Under the pieces are notes generated by a model. That model saw only the letters and a list, made by a program, of their open reading frames with translations. It made no database searches and was not told the origin of the DNA. From assembly GCA_026392035.1 (NCBI GenBank), contig JAPLCX010000059.1, forward strand, positions 82 through 64,081: a stretch of DNA of 64,000 nt, read 5' to 3'. The stretch's first letter is position 1. Each line of letters begins with the position of its first letter. This DNA comes from Candidatus Auribacterota bacterium. GTDB taxonomy: Bacteria > Auribacterota > Tritonobacteria > UBA1439. The translations under genes were made by a program, and so were the position numbers. Positions 43,750 through 52,678 of the stretch are shown here, in pieces.

Positions 43750-44262
43750 ATGAAGCCGTTGATTGCGATTCTGGCGCTGTTACTTTTCCAGTCGCATGGA
43801 GCGGGCGCTGAGGAAATACGGATCCTCGCCCCTGACCGGAGTCAATTGACGCTGCGGGCTGGCCGGCTGGCGAGGGATGCGTCGGGAAATATCTCTGCGA
43901 GCGGGAAGGTTGAGGTGAAGCATGGGAGTGTTGAAATCGCGTGCGAGGGCACTGTGAAGGTGTATGTGTCCCGCAGCGTGTTTTCAGCCCTTGAGGCGCA
44001 GGGCGTCATCGAGGCCACTGCAGCACGCAAGAAAATATGGTGCCAGCACCTATTTTATGAGGAGCCTCGGCGCCTGATCACGGCGAGCGGCGATCCGCGC
44101 GTCCAGGAGGGCAGCACCACATACAGGGCCACACAGAGGATCCTCTTGTATACGGAAACCGGCGTGATGAAGTTTGAGCCGTCGGCTCAGATCCTTATCG
44201 ACAAGGGACTGGACCACAAGAAAAAGAAGCGTGAGAGGAAATCGTTCCTTGGGCTCTTTTAG
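43750..44262 (+). CDS. periplasmic LptA/OstA-like protein with a signal peptide
   Basis: The signal peptide is MKPLIAILALLLFQSHGAGA. A beta-rich repeat pattern (KVEVKHGSVEIACEGTVKVY...ITASGDPRVQEGSTTYRATQRILLYTETGVMKFE) resembles the OstA N-terminal domain. Confidence 0.45.
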   Translation: MKPLIAILALLLFQSHGAGAEEIRILAPDRSQLTLRAGRLARDASGNISASGKVEVKHGSVEIACEGTVKVYVSRSVFSALEAQGVIEATAARKKIWCQHLFYEEPRRLITASGDPRVQEGSTTYRATQRILLYTETGVMKFEPSAQILIDKGLDHKKKKRERKSFLGLF

Positions 44263-45067
44263 ACACGCGGGGGATATACTGGAAGCGATTGTGGGAGCGA
44301 AACGGGACGACGTCGAGCGTCTCAAGAGGGGCACTCCTCGCCGTGCGCTCATCGCGCGCGCGGCGGCGAGGGAGCCGAGAGACTTTCACGCCGCGCTGGC
44401 GGGAGAGGGCATTGCCATCATCGCCGAGCTTAAGAAGGCTTCGCCGTCTGCCGGTATTCTGCGGCGCGTGTATCATCCCGTGGACATCGCGCGCGGGTAT
44501 GAAACGGCTGGCGCGGCGGCACTCTCCGTGCTCACCGAGGAGCACTACTTCCAGGGGAACCTCGATCACCTCACCGCGGCAAGGGACGCCGTATCGATTC
44601 CCGTGCTGAGGAAGGATTTCATCATTGACGAATACCAGGTGTATGAATCAGCAGCAGCGGGGGCTGATGCAGTACTGTTGATCGCCCGCCTCCTCGGCCG
44701 GGAGGAACTTGCGAGGCTGGTCGAATTGTGCTATACATTGCGCGTTTCACCCCTCGTCGAAATTTACAGCGAAGACGACATCGGCAAAGCGAATGCCTCG
44801 GGAGCACGTATACTCGGGATCAACAACCGCGATCTGAGGAGCGCCCAAGTAAACATCGAGCGGACGATCGCGCTCAAAAAATCGCTCCCGGAGGACTGCC
44901 TCGTCGTGAGCGAGAGCGGAATCAGAAACGCAGATGACCTCAGCACTCTCGTGCGCGCTGGTGTGCGCGCGGCGCTCATCGGCGAGAGTCTGCTCAGGCA
45001 CGAAGACCCGGGGCGTGCGCTGGCAAACCTTCGGCGGGAGCTCATACAGGCCCATGGTCAAAGTTAA
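44249..45067 (+). CDS. trpC: indole-3-glycerol phosphate synthase
   Basis: IAELKKASPSAGIL...LSVLTEEHYFQG...ILGINNRDL. The ORF track starts at 44174, inside the upstream gene. I chose the TTG at 44249, which follows GAGAGGAAA. A GTG at 44231 is an alternative. Confidence 0.8.
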   Translation: MGSFRHAGDILEAIVGAKRDDVERLKRGTPRRALIARAAAREPRDFHAALAGEGIAIIAELKKASPSAGILRRVYHPVDIARGYETAGAAALSVLTEEHYFQGNLDHLTAARDAVSIPVLRKDFIIDEYQVYESAAAGADAVLLIARLLGREELARLVELCYTLRVSPLVEIYSEDDIGKANASGARILGINNRDLRSAQVNIERTIALKKSLPEDCLVVSESGIRNADDLSTLVRAGVRAALIGESLLRHEDPGRALANLRRELIQAHGQS

Positions 45068-45671
45068 GATATGCGGAATCACCAACCGGGACGATGCCCA
45101 CGCGGCGGTGCACGCGGGGGCTGACGCACTCGGTTTTGTATTTGCCCCGAGCCCGCGCCGCGTCGCTCCGGAGCGCGCGCGGGAGATCATCGGGTCTCTG
45201 CCACTCTTCGTGTCCACCGTGGGCGTGTTCGTGGACGAAGACCCCGCGAGCGTGAGAGAGGTTGTTTCCTTCTGCAACCTGCGCTACATTCAATTTCATG
45301 GGGATGAACCGCCGGAGATATGCAACGCGTTCGGCGACCGTGCGATCAAGGCGGTGCAAATTAAAGACGAGGGGGACCTGCGTGGCCTTGAGCGCTACCA
45401 CGTTTCCGCGTTCTTGCTCGATAGCCATGTGGCGGGGAGGCGCGGAGGGACGGGCACCTCCTTCCCGTGGGAGCTTGCCGCCAGGGTGGGGTCGATGGGA
45501 AGATCGGTGATCCTTTCCGGGGGATTGAACAGCGGAAACGTCGCTCAGGCCATCAGGATTGCAGCGCCTTACGCGGTTGACGTGAGCAGCGGAGTTGAAT
45601 CTGAACCAGGCAAAAAAGACCCCGCCCTCGTGAGAGAATTTATCAGAATTGCGAAAACTGATTCCCGGTGA
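45054..45671 (+). CDS. trpF: phosphoribosylanthranilate isomerase
   Basis: MVKVKICGITNRDDAHAAVHAGADALGFVFAPSPRRV. The start ATG overlaps the trpC stop. Confidence 0.85.
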   Translation: MVKVKICGITNRDDAHAAVHAGADALGFVFAPSPRRVAPERAREIIGSLPLFVSTVGVFVDEDPASVREVVSFCNLRYIQFHGDEPPEICNAFGDRAIKAVQIKDEGDLRGLERYHVSAFLLDSHVAGRRGGTGTSFPWELAARVGSMGRSVILSGGLNSGNVAQAIRIAAPYAVDVSSGVESEPGKKDPALVREFIRIAKTDSR

Positions 45672-45703
45672 GCGGCTGGATGCTGCAGAAAACGGTAACG
45701 TAA

Positions 45704-46894
45704 ATGAAATTTCCGGATCGCAGGGGATACTTCGGGGATTACGGGGGGCGTTTTGTGCCGGAAACGCTGGTGCCGGCGCTGCAGGAACTTGAGCGGGAGT
45801 TTAGACATGCTCGGCGAGACAGGAAGTTTCGCGCCGAATTAGACCACTACCTGCGGCAGTATGCCGGCCGGCCGACCGCCCTCACATTCGCGTCCACACT
45901 GACACGTCTCCTGAGAGGCGCGAGGATCTACCTCAAACGGGAGGATCTCGCGTTTACGGGAGCTCATAAGATCAACAACTGTCTCGGCCAGATTCTGCTC
46001 GCCAAGAGAATGGGGAAAAAGAGGATCATCGCTGAAACCGGCGCCGGCCAGCATGGTGTCGCCACTGCCACCGTTGCGGCAAAATTCGGGATGCCATGCA
46101 CCATCTATATGGGAGAGGATGATATCGAGCGCCAGGCGCTCAATGTGTTTCGCATGGAACTTCTGGGGGCGACTGTCGTACCGGTGAAGAGCGGGAGCAG
46201 GACGCTCAAGGACGCTATTGACGAGGCCATGCGCGACTGGGTCACCAATGTGCGCGACACTCATTTCGTGCTGGGCTCTGTTGCGGGCGCTCATCCCTAT
46301 CCGCTGATCGTGAGGGAATTCCAGCGGGTCATCGGAAGGGAGACCAAGCGTCAGATCCTGAGACGAGAGGGCCGTGTGCCCGATTGTCTCATCGCCTGCG
46401 TCGGCGGTGGGAGCAATGCAATAGGCTTCTTCTATGATTTTCTCTCCTGCAGGAAGGTGCGCATGTACGGTGTCGAGGCGGGCGGTCTCGGTATTGCGAG
46501 CGGGAGGCACGCCGCGCGCTTCAGTGGAGGGCGCCCCGGCGTTTTCCAGGGCAGTCTGAGCTATGTACTTCAGGACAGGGCGGGTCAGATCAGAACCACT
46601 CACTCGATATCAGCAGGTCTCGATTACGCGGGGGTGGGGCCCGAGCACAGCTACCTCTATGAAACCGGCCGCGTGCGCTACGTGAATGTTTCCGACAGGA
46701 AGGCGGTAGAGGGGTTCATGCTCCTGAGCGAAACAGAGGGGATAATCCCTGCGCTTGAGTCTGCCCACGCGATTGCCTATGCCCGTGAGGTCGTCCCGAA
46801 AATGAAGAAGGGCGAGATTGTCATTATCAATGTTTCCGGGCGCGGCGATAAGGACGTCGAAATCATTGAAAAGTTCATAAAGAACCGAGTATGA
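45704..46894 (+). CDS. trpB: tryptophan synthase beta chain
   Basis: The PLP lysine lies in [24 protein letters not shown] is also present. Confidence 0.95.
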   Translation: MKFPDRRGYFGDYGGRFVPETLVPALQELEREFRHARRDRKFRAELDHYLRQYAGRPTALTFASTLTRLLRGARIYLKREDLAFTGAHKINNCLGQILLAKRMGKKRIIAETGAGQHGVATATVAAKFGMPCTIYMGEDDIERQALNVFRMELLGATVVPVKSGSRTLKDAIDEAMRDWVTNVRDTHFVLGSVAGAHPYPLIVREFQRVIGRETKRQILRREGRVPDCLIACVGGGSNAIGFFYDFLSCRKVRMYGVEAGGLGIASGRHAARFSGGRPGVFQGSLSYVLQDRAGQIRTTHSISAGLDYAGVGPEHSYLYETGRVRYVNVSDRKAVEGFMLLSETEGIIPALESAHAIAYAREVVPKMKKGEIVIINVSGRGDKDVEIIEKFIKNRV

Positions 46895-47727
46895 GCAATC
46901 GAATTGATGCCAGATTCAATGAGCTTGCCCGGGAACGCCGCACGGGTTTTATCGCCTATATCACCGCCGGCGATCCACAGCCGTCCCTGACCGCGCCCCT
47001 CGTTCTCGAAATAGAGAAGCGGGGGGCGGACTTCATCGAGCTGGGGGTTCCGTTTTCCGATCCCCTCGCCGATGGCGCCGTGAACCAGAGGGCCGCGGAA
47101 CGGGCCCTCGCTCATGGCGTGGACGTGCGAAGGGTCTTTGGTATTGTCACGAAGATCAGGAAGAGTTCAGAGATCCCGATCATCATCTTCACCTACCTCA
47201 ATCCCGTGCTGAGTTACGGGTACGCTCGATTCGCCCGAGACGCAGCGCGCGCGGGCGTGGACGGGATCCTGAGCCTTGATCTCCCGCCTGAAGAGGCGGC
47301 ACGCTACGAAGCCGAGCTCGCGCGCCGCGGCGTCAACGGCATCTTCATTATCGCTCCCACAACGCCGGCTGATCGCATGAAGCTCATTGCCCGCCACGCG
47401 CGTGGGTTCATCTACTATGTTTCAAGAACGGGTGTCACGGGAGTGCGCGCGCACCTCGCCGCCGAGCTCGCACACCGGCTGCGCCTCGTCAGGCGCATGA
47501 CCCACACCCCCATCGCCGTGGGGTTCGGGATTTCGACCGCCGCGCACGTCCGGGCTGTCGCCAGGCTGGCCGATGCGGTGGTGGTGGGGAGTGCCCTCGT
47601 GAGCGAGATAGAACATCACCGTGAGAAGTCGGATCTCGTCACACGGGTCGGGGAAAAGGTCGCGCAGCTCACCGCACCGCTCAGGACGGGTGGCCGGGGG
47701 CGTGCGCAAGAGGTCAATGACCGATAA
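46891..47727 (+). CDS. trpA: tryptophan synthase alpha chain
   Basis: [10 protein letters not shown]...[13 protein letters not shown]. Confidence 0.9.
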   Translation: MSNRIDARFNELARERRTGFIAYITAGDPQPSLTAPLVLEIEKRGADFIELGVPFSDPLADGAVNQRAAERALAHGVDVRRVFGIVTKIRKSSEIPIIIFTYLNPVLSYGYARFARDAARAGVDGILSLDLPPEEAARYEAELARRGVNGIFIIAPTTPADRMKLIARHARGFIYYVSRTGVTGVRAHLAAELAHRLRLVRRMTHTPIAVGFGISTAAHVRAVARLADAVVVGSALVSEIEHHREKSDLVTRVGEKVAQLTAPLRTGGRGRAQEVNDR

Positions 47728-47740
47728 GGGGTTGTACGCT

Positions 47741-48841
47741 ATGCAATTCGAGGAAATCAAGAAACACATCTACGCGCTGATCATGGCCGGAGGGGGAGGG
47801 GAGAGGTTCTGGCCGAAGAGCCGGCAGGCATACCCGAAGCAACTGCATAAGATTTTCGGGGACCGAACCATGATTCAGGAGACCGTGGACCGAATATCTC
47901 AACTTGTGCCCCGGGAGCAGATCATCGTGATTACCAACAAAGTGCAGGCGCCGCTTATTAAAAAGCAGCTCAGGGGTGTGCCGGCTTCCGCAATCGTCGC
48001 CGAGCCGCTCGGGCGGGACACCGCCGCCTGTATCGCGCTCGGTGCCGCAGTAGTCATGGAGAGAGACCGGGATGGCATCATGCTGGTGTTGCCCGCGGAT
48101 CATGTCATCAAAGACGTGAAGAAGCTCGTTGCCAACCTGCGGGATGCCTGTCAGGTAGCATGGGAGCGCGGCTGCCTGGTAACACTCGGTATCAAGCCCA
48201 CCAGCCCCGCCACAGGATATGGCTACATACGCAAAGGGAAAAGGCTCGACTGCGGGCTGAAGACAACCTTCTCGAAAGTTGCAGCGTTCGCAGAAAAGCC
48301 AGATGGCGCGATGGCGAGACGCTACCTCAAGAGCGGGCGCTATTTCTGGAACAGCGGCATGTTTGTCTGGAGAGCGGCGGTCATCGCGGACGCGCTCAAG
48401 AAACAGATGCCGGACCTCTATCGCGGGTATGAGAGAATCAGGAGGGCCATGGCATCTCCGGCGAGAGAAAAGGTTGTCCGGAGGGTGTACGCCGGGCTGA
48501 AAAAGGTATCAATAGACTACGGTGTCATGGAGAAGGCGGACAACACGGTCGTCGCGAAGGCGGATTTCGACTGGGATGATGTTGGCTCATGGCTGGCGCT
48601 CGAACGGCACCTGCCTGCAGATAAGAATCGGAATGTCATCCTCGGGGAAAGTATCGCGCTGGATACGAAACGGTGTATAATAATCGCGGACGAGGGTATT
48701 GTGGGTTGCCTTGGCCTGGAAGACCTCATCGTCGTTAAAACACCGGATGCCGTTCTCGTTTGCCACCGGAGGGCATTGCAGGATCTCAAGAAGATCATAC
48801 AGAAGCTCAAGTCGCGTGGGGAGTGGGTGCGGTACATGTAG
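47741..48841 (+). CDS. mannose-1-phosphate guanylyltransferase (GDP-mannose pyrophosphorylase, nucleotidyltransferase domain only)
   Basis: LIMAGGGGERFWPKSRQAYPKQL matches the GMPP/ManC N-terminus. The start ATG is at 47741, after the trpA stop. Confidence 0.75.
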   Translation: MQFEEIKKHIYALIMAGGGGERFWPKSRQAYPKQLHKIFGDRTMIQETVDRISQLVPREQIIVITNKVQAPLIKKQLRGVPASAIVAEPLGRDTAACIALGAAVVMERDRDGIMLVLPADHVIKDVKKLVANLRDACQVAWERGCLVTLGIKPTSPATGYGYIRKGKRLDCGLKTTFSKVAAFAEKPDGAMARRYLKSGRYFWNSGMFVWRAAVIADALKKQMPDLYRGYERIRRAMASPAREKVVRRVYAGLKKVSIDYGVMEKADNTVVAKADFDWDDVGSWLALERHLPADKNRNVILGESIALDTKRCIIIADEGIVGCLGLEDLIVVKTPDAVLVCHRRALQDLKKIIQKLKSRGEWVRYM

Positions 48842-48915
48842 CAATCGCAGGTGCGCAGGTAGTGTCAAAAGTTCTATGAAAGAGCTGAATGCAACCACAG
48901 ATTGCACAGATAGTT

Positions 48916-49056
48916 GTGAAGATTTTTTGGGGGGGGGAGGAAGTTTGCGCCAATCTGTGGTGAATAAATCTGTGGTAAATGGAGAAAGAAAAGAATTTCT
49001 ATACAGCGGCTTAATTATACGGATGTTACCACAGATGAATCACCACTGATTTACTC
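48916..49056. repeat. 141-bp repeat B, the perfect reverse-complement copy of 11758-11898 (includes a G9 tract)
   Basis: Exact identity to the reverse complement of repeat A. It ends 19 bp before the prs start codon. An extra CAACCACAGATTGCACAGATAG lies at 48893. Confidence 0.8.
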
Positions 49057-49074
49057 CACAAAGGAGGGGTGACA

Positions 49075-50013
49075 ATGAAAATATTTTGCGGTCGTTCCAA
49101 TCCGGAACTCAGCCGCGAGATCTGCAACTATCTCGGCGTGGAGATGGGGAAATGCATTGTACACAAGTTCAAGAATGACAACACATTCGTGCGCATCGAG
49201 GAGAATGTCCGCGGGAAGGATGTTTTCGTCGTCCAGACCAGCGCCATCCCGGTGAATGACTACCTCGTGGAATTGTTGATAATGATCGACACCCTCAAAC
49301 ACGCCTCCGCGAGCCGCGTGACGGCAGTGATCCCCTACTATCCATATGCCCGCTCCGACAAGAAGGATCAACCACGCATTTCTATAACCGCCAGGCTCGT
49401 CGCCGATCTGCTGGAGACTGCAGGCGCCGACCGCGTGCTCACCATGAATCTGCACTCCGAACAAATTCAGGGGTTCTTCAGGGTCCCTGTCGATCAGCTG
49501 CTCGCATCGCCCATCCTGTGCGAATATTTCTCAAAAATCGGACTCGAAAACTTCATCGTCGTAGCGCCCGACGCGGGCAGCGCAAAACGCGCGGAGAAAT
49601 ATGCACTCGCGCTCGGCCTCCGGATGGCGGTACTCGACAAGCGCCGCGATCCGCTCAACGACACGGTGGAAATCTTCCACATCATCGGGGATGTGGAGGG
49701 TAAAAACGCGATCGTGTTTGATGATGAGATTGCGACGGGGGGGTCGATGATAGAAACGGCTCATGCCCTCATAGAACACGGGGCAAAAGAGATCTATGCG
49801 GGCGCCGCGCACGCCGTCCTCTGCGGCGATGCTCCCCAGAGGCTCCAGAAATCACCGTACAAACAAATCGTGGTGACCAACTCCCTCCCCGTGGAGAGAG
49901 AAAAGAAAATTGCGAAGATAAAAGTCCTCTCGGTCGCAGGGCTGTTTGGTGAGGCGATAAAAAGAATTCACGAAGGCAAGTCGGTGAGCGAGCTCTTCAG
50001 GAAGCACCTATAA
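49075..50013 (+). CDS. prs: ribose-phosphate pyrophosphokinase
   Basis: MKIFCGRSNPELSREI...DLHSEQIQGFF...VDRAHGAGA-like PRPP motifs. The start ATG follows AGGAGGGG. Confidence 0.9.
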   Translation: MKIFCGRSNPELSREICNYLGVEMGKCIVHKFKNDNTFVRIEENVRGKDVFVVQTSAIPVNDYLVELLIMIDTLKHASASRVTAVIPYYPYARSDKKDQPRISITARLVADLLETAGADRVLTMNLHSEQIQGFFRVPVDQLLASPILCEYFSKIGLENFIVVAPDAGSAKRAEKYALALGLRMAVLDKRRDPLNDTVEIFHIIGDVEGKNAIVFDDEIATGGSMIETAHALIEHGAKEIYAGAAHAVLCGDAPQRLQKSPYKQIVVTNSLPVEREKKIAKIKVLSVAGLFGEAIKRIHEGKSVSELFRKHL

Positions 50014-50030
50014 TCCAGAGGAGGCTGAAG

Positions 50031-50465
50031 ATGAGGGTGCTCGCCCTGGACGTGGGGGAGAGGCGAATCGGAATGGCGATGAGCGATCCCCTTGGGATAA
50101 CCGCCCAACGCGCGGGCACCATAGAGCGGGGGGCGCTCGAGGAGACGCTTCGTCGTCTGCAGGAGATCGTCATCAGGGATGAGATCGGCACGGTCGTGGT
50201 CGGCCTCCCCCTGAGCATGGATGGTTCACGGGGCACGAGCGCAGCGGGCATGGGCAGGTTCGCTGAGGACCTCAGACGCGCCCTCGCTATCCCCGTCACG
50301 CTGTGGGATGAGCGGCTGACCACCGCGGAGGCGGACAGGCTCATGAGATCGGCTGGGGTTTCTCGGAAGGAGAGGATGAGGCACCTCGATGAGGTTGCTG
50401 CCCAGCTCATCCTCCAATCATACATGGACAGCCGCAGAGAAGGTTCAGAACGCGAGCACTGCTGA
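50031..50465 (+). CDS. ruvX: Holliday junction resolvase-like protein RuvX/YqgF
   Basis: MRVLALDVGERRIGMAMSD...VVGLPLSMDGS. Confidence 0.85.
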   Translation: MRVLALDVGERRIGMAMSDPLGITAQRAGTIERGALEETLRRLQEIVIRDEIGTVVVGLPLSMDGSRGTSAAGMGRFAEDLRRALAIPVTLWDERLTTAEADRLMRSAGVSRKERMRHLDEVAAQLILQSYMDSRREGSEREHC

Positions 50466-50538
50466 TATTTCAGAGCCGCCCCGCTGCCCGCCTACCATGG
50501 GACGGGACAGGTACGAGCCTTTGAGTCCATTGGAGCGC

Positions 50539-51813
50539 ATGTATACCACAACCGTGCTTGATAACAACCTGAGGGTAACCACTCACGAGATGCCTTCCAT
50601 GGAGTCGGTTGCCCTCGGGCTCTGGGTGGGGATTGGCGGCCGCCATGAGGAGAAGCAGTTCAACGGCATTTCCCATTTTCTCGAACACATCCTCTTCAAG
50701 GGGACGTCGAGACGTTCGGCCATACAGATCTCCGAGGAGATTGAGGGCGTGGGCGGATCGCTCAACGGATTCACGAGCGAGGAGTACACCTGTTATATCG
50801 TCAAGGTGCCGCACGCCCATCTCCGGCTCGCCTCCGACGTCCTCTTCGATATGTACCTGCATCCGGCCATACGAGAGGAAGATGTACAAAAGGAAAAGAC
50901 GGTAATCAAAGAGGAAATCAATCTGTACCGCGACACCCCTCAGCACCATGTCCTGGACCTGTTCAACGAGGTAATGTGGACTGATCACCCGTTGGGACGC
51001 CCGCTCGTAGGCACCGCTACGACGATCAGCGCGCTGTCGCGGGAATCCCTGCGTGGCTACCAGAGACGATACTACACGCTGCGCAATGCGGTCCTCGCCG
51101 CAGCGGGGCGCCTGCGGCACGGTGAATTGCTCGAGGCGGTGGGCGGCTCCCTCCCGAAGCGAAGCGGGGCCTCGCGTGGCCCGAGGTGCATTTCCGCTGC
51201 TGATGCCCAGCGGTCTCCCGGCTTGCTCCTGCATCAAAAAAACACCGAGCAAACACATATCTGCGTGGGAGTGCGGGGATATCACCAGGAGCACCCGGAT
51301 AGGTACGCGCTCCAGCTGCTGAGCATTGCGATGGGGGAGAACATGAGCTCGCGGCTCTTTCAGAGGATCCGGGAGAAACACGGCTTGGCGTACGCGATAC
51401 ATTCATCTGTCGCGCGCTACAAAGACACGGGGTTCTTTTCCATCTATGCCGGCGTGGAAAGCAGCAAATTTGTCAAAGCCATCTCCTTGATCATGAAAGA
51501 GCTCGCGATGCTTCGGAAGACAGGGTTGCGAAAGATCGAACTGGCACGCGGAAAGGAGTACTGGATCGGGCAGCTCTCAATGGAGATGGAAAAAACAACT
51601 CCGCAGATGATCCATATAGGCGAGAGCCTTATCTGCTCTGGACGGATTTTGACAATGGATGAAATATTATCTAAGATTATGTGCGTGAGCCTCGATGATG
51701 TGCAGAGGGTGGCGGTTGATATTTTGAATGACCGCAGACTCAATATGGCAGTCATAGGCCCCCTCCGCGAAGAGGAGAGTCAGGTGAGGGAAAATCTCCA
51801 TTTCGACTACTAA
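50539..51813 (+). CDS. M16-family zinc peptidase (pitrilysin/insulinase-like)
   Basis: The inverted zinc motif HxxEH is present as GISHFLEHILFKGT, with the downstream E in LNGFTSEEYTCY. The start is uncertain; ATG at 50497 is an alternative. Confidence 0.75.
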   Translation: MYTTTVLDNNLRVTTHEMPSMESVALGLWVGIGGRHEEKQFNGISHFLEHILFKGTSRRSAIQISEEIEGVGGSLNGFTSEEYTCYIVKVPHAHLRLASDVLFDMYLHPAIREEDVQKEKTVIKEEINLYRDTPQHHVLDLFNEVMWTDHPLGRPLVGTATTISALSRESLRGYQRRYYTLRNAVLAAAGRLRHGELLEAVGGSLPKRSGASRGPRCISAADAQRSPGLLLHQKNTEQTHICVGVRGYHQEHPDRYALQLLSIAMGENMSSRLFQRIREKHGLAYAIHSSVARYKDTGFFSIYAGVESSKFVKAISLIMKELAMLRKTGLRKIELARGKEYWIGQLSMEMEKTTPQMIHIGESLICSGRILTMDEILSKIMCVSLDDVQRVAVDILNDRRLNMAVIGPLREEESQVRENLHFDY

Positions 51814-51837
51814 TTGTAAATACTATGTTCATCTGTG

Positions 51838-51866
51838 TTTATCTGTGGTTATACGTTAGTTTCCAC
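51838..51866. repeat. partial ACCACAGAT-type motif cluster (third, degenerate occurrence) upstream of rpe
   Basis: CATCTGTGTTTATCTGTGGTTATACG resembles TTCATCTGTGGTAACATCCGTATAAT from repeat A/B. Confidence 0.3.
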
Positions 51867-51897
51867 ATTTAGTTCTATTTAGCTATAGAGGTGTCCG

Positions 51898-52581
51898 GTG
51901 CGAACTGCTCCGGGAATCAAAATTGCCCCCTCGCTGCTGGCGGCCGATTTCGGCAGGCTGGGAGATGAGGCGCAGGCCGCTGAATCGTCAGGCGCCGATA
52001 TGCTGCATCTCGACGTGATGGACGGCCACTTCGTGCCCAACATCACCATCGGACCGGGAACAGTAGCGGCGATCCGGAAGCGGGTCAGGATTCCCCTGGA
52101 TGTCCACCTTATGATCAGCGAGCCTGATAAATATATTGATGCGTTCGTCGAGGCAGGGGCCGATATCCTCACCGTGCACGCCGAGGTCCTCCCTCGCCTC
52201 CACCACACGCTCCAGGTGATTCGCTCCAGAGGCATCAAAGCGGGCGTTTCCATAAATCCGGCGACTCCGTTGAGGGATATCGAGGCCGTGCTCGACGAGG
52301 CCGACCTCGTGTTGCTCATGACCGTCAACCCGGGATTCGGCGGCCAGAAATTCATTCGCTCCGTTCTGCCGAAAATAGCGGACTTGCGGAAGATCGCCGA
52401 CACAAGGGGATACGCATTTGACATTGAGGTGGACGGCGGAATAACACTGCATTCCGCGCGGGAGGCGGCGGAGGCGGGCGCCACTATTATCGTGGCAGGC
52501 ACCGCGATCTTCGGCGCGAGCGATATCGCTCACGCCATTAAGGTGCTACGAGAAGCCGCTCAGTTCGTTGCAGGTGAATGA
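51898..52581 (+). CDS. rpe: ribulose-phosphate 3-epimerase
   Basis: IAPSLLAADF...HLDVMDGHFVPN...DVHLM. Confidence 0.9.
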   Translation: MRTAPGIKIAPSLLAADFGRLGDEAQAAESSGADMLHLDVMDGHFVPNITIGPGTVAAIRKRVRIPLDVHLMISEPDKYIDAFVEAGADILTVHAEVLPRLHHTLQVIRSRGIKAGVSINPATPLRDIEAVLDEADLVLLMTVNPGFGGQKFIRSVLPKIADLRKIADTRGYAFDIEVDGGITLHSAREAAEAGATIIVAGTAIFGASDIAHAIKVLREAAQFVAGE

Positions 52582-52633
52582 GTTATAGTACACTCACAAT
52601 CAGTTATGATGTGCGTGGCAGGACGGGATATCT

Positions 52634-52661
52634 CGAGCCCGAAACTCACTTCGGGCTTTTT
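52634..52661 (+). terminator. Rho-independent terminator downstream of rpe
   Basis: GAGCCCGAAACTCACTTCGGGCTTTTTT has a 7-bp GC-rich stem and a U-tract. Confidence 0.7.
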
Positions 52662-52678
52662 TAGCCTGGACACAAATT

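Noticed and set aside
44174-44248. ORF-track start of trpC at ATG 44174
   Set aside because: It would overlap the upstream LptA-like gene by 88 nt. The TTG at 44249 (or the GTG at 44231), which has a Shine-Dalgarno sequence, fits better.
11758-49056. 141-bp inverted repeats as the termini of a transposon or insertion sequence
   Set aside because: No transposase lies between or beside them. The 37 kb they bracket is core housekeeping DNA, and each copy is intergenic next to an unrelated gene.
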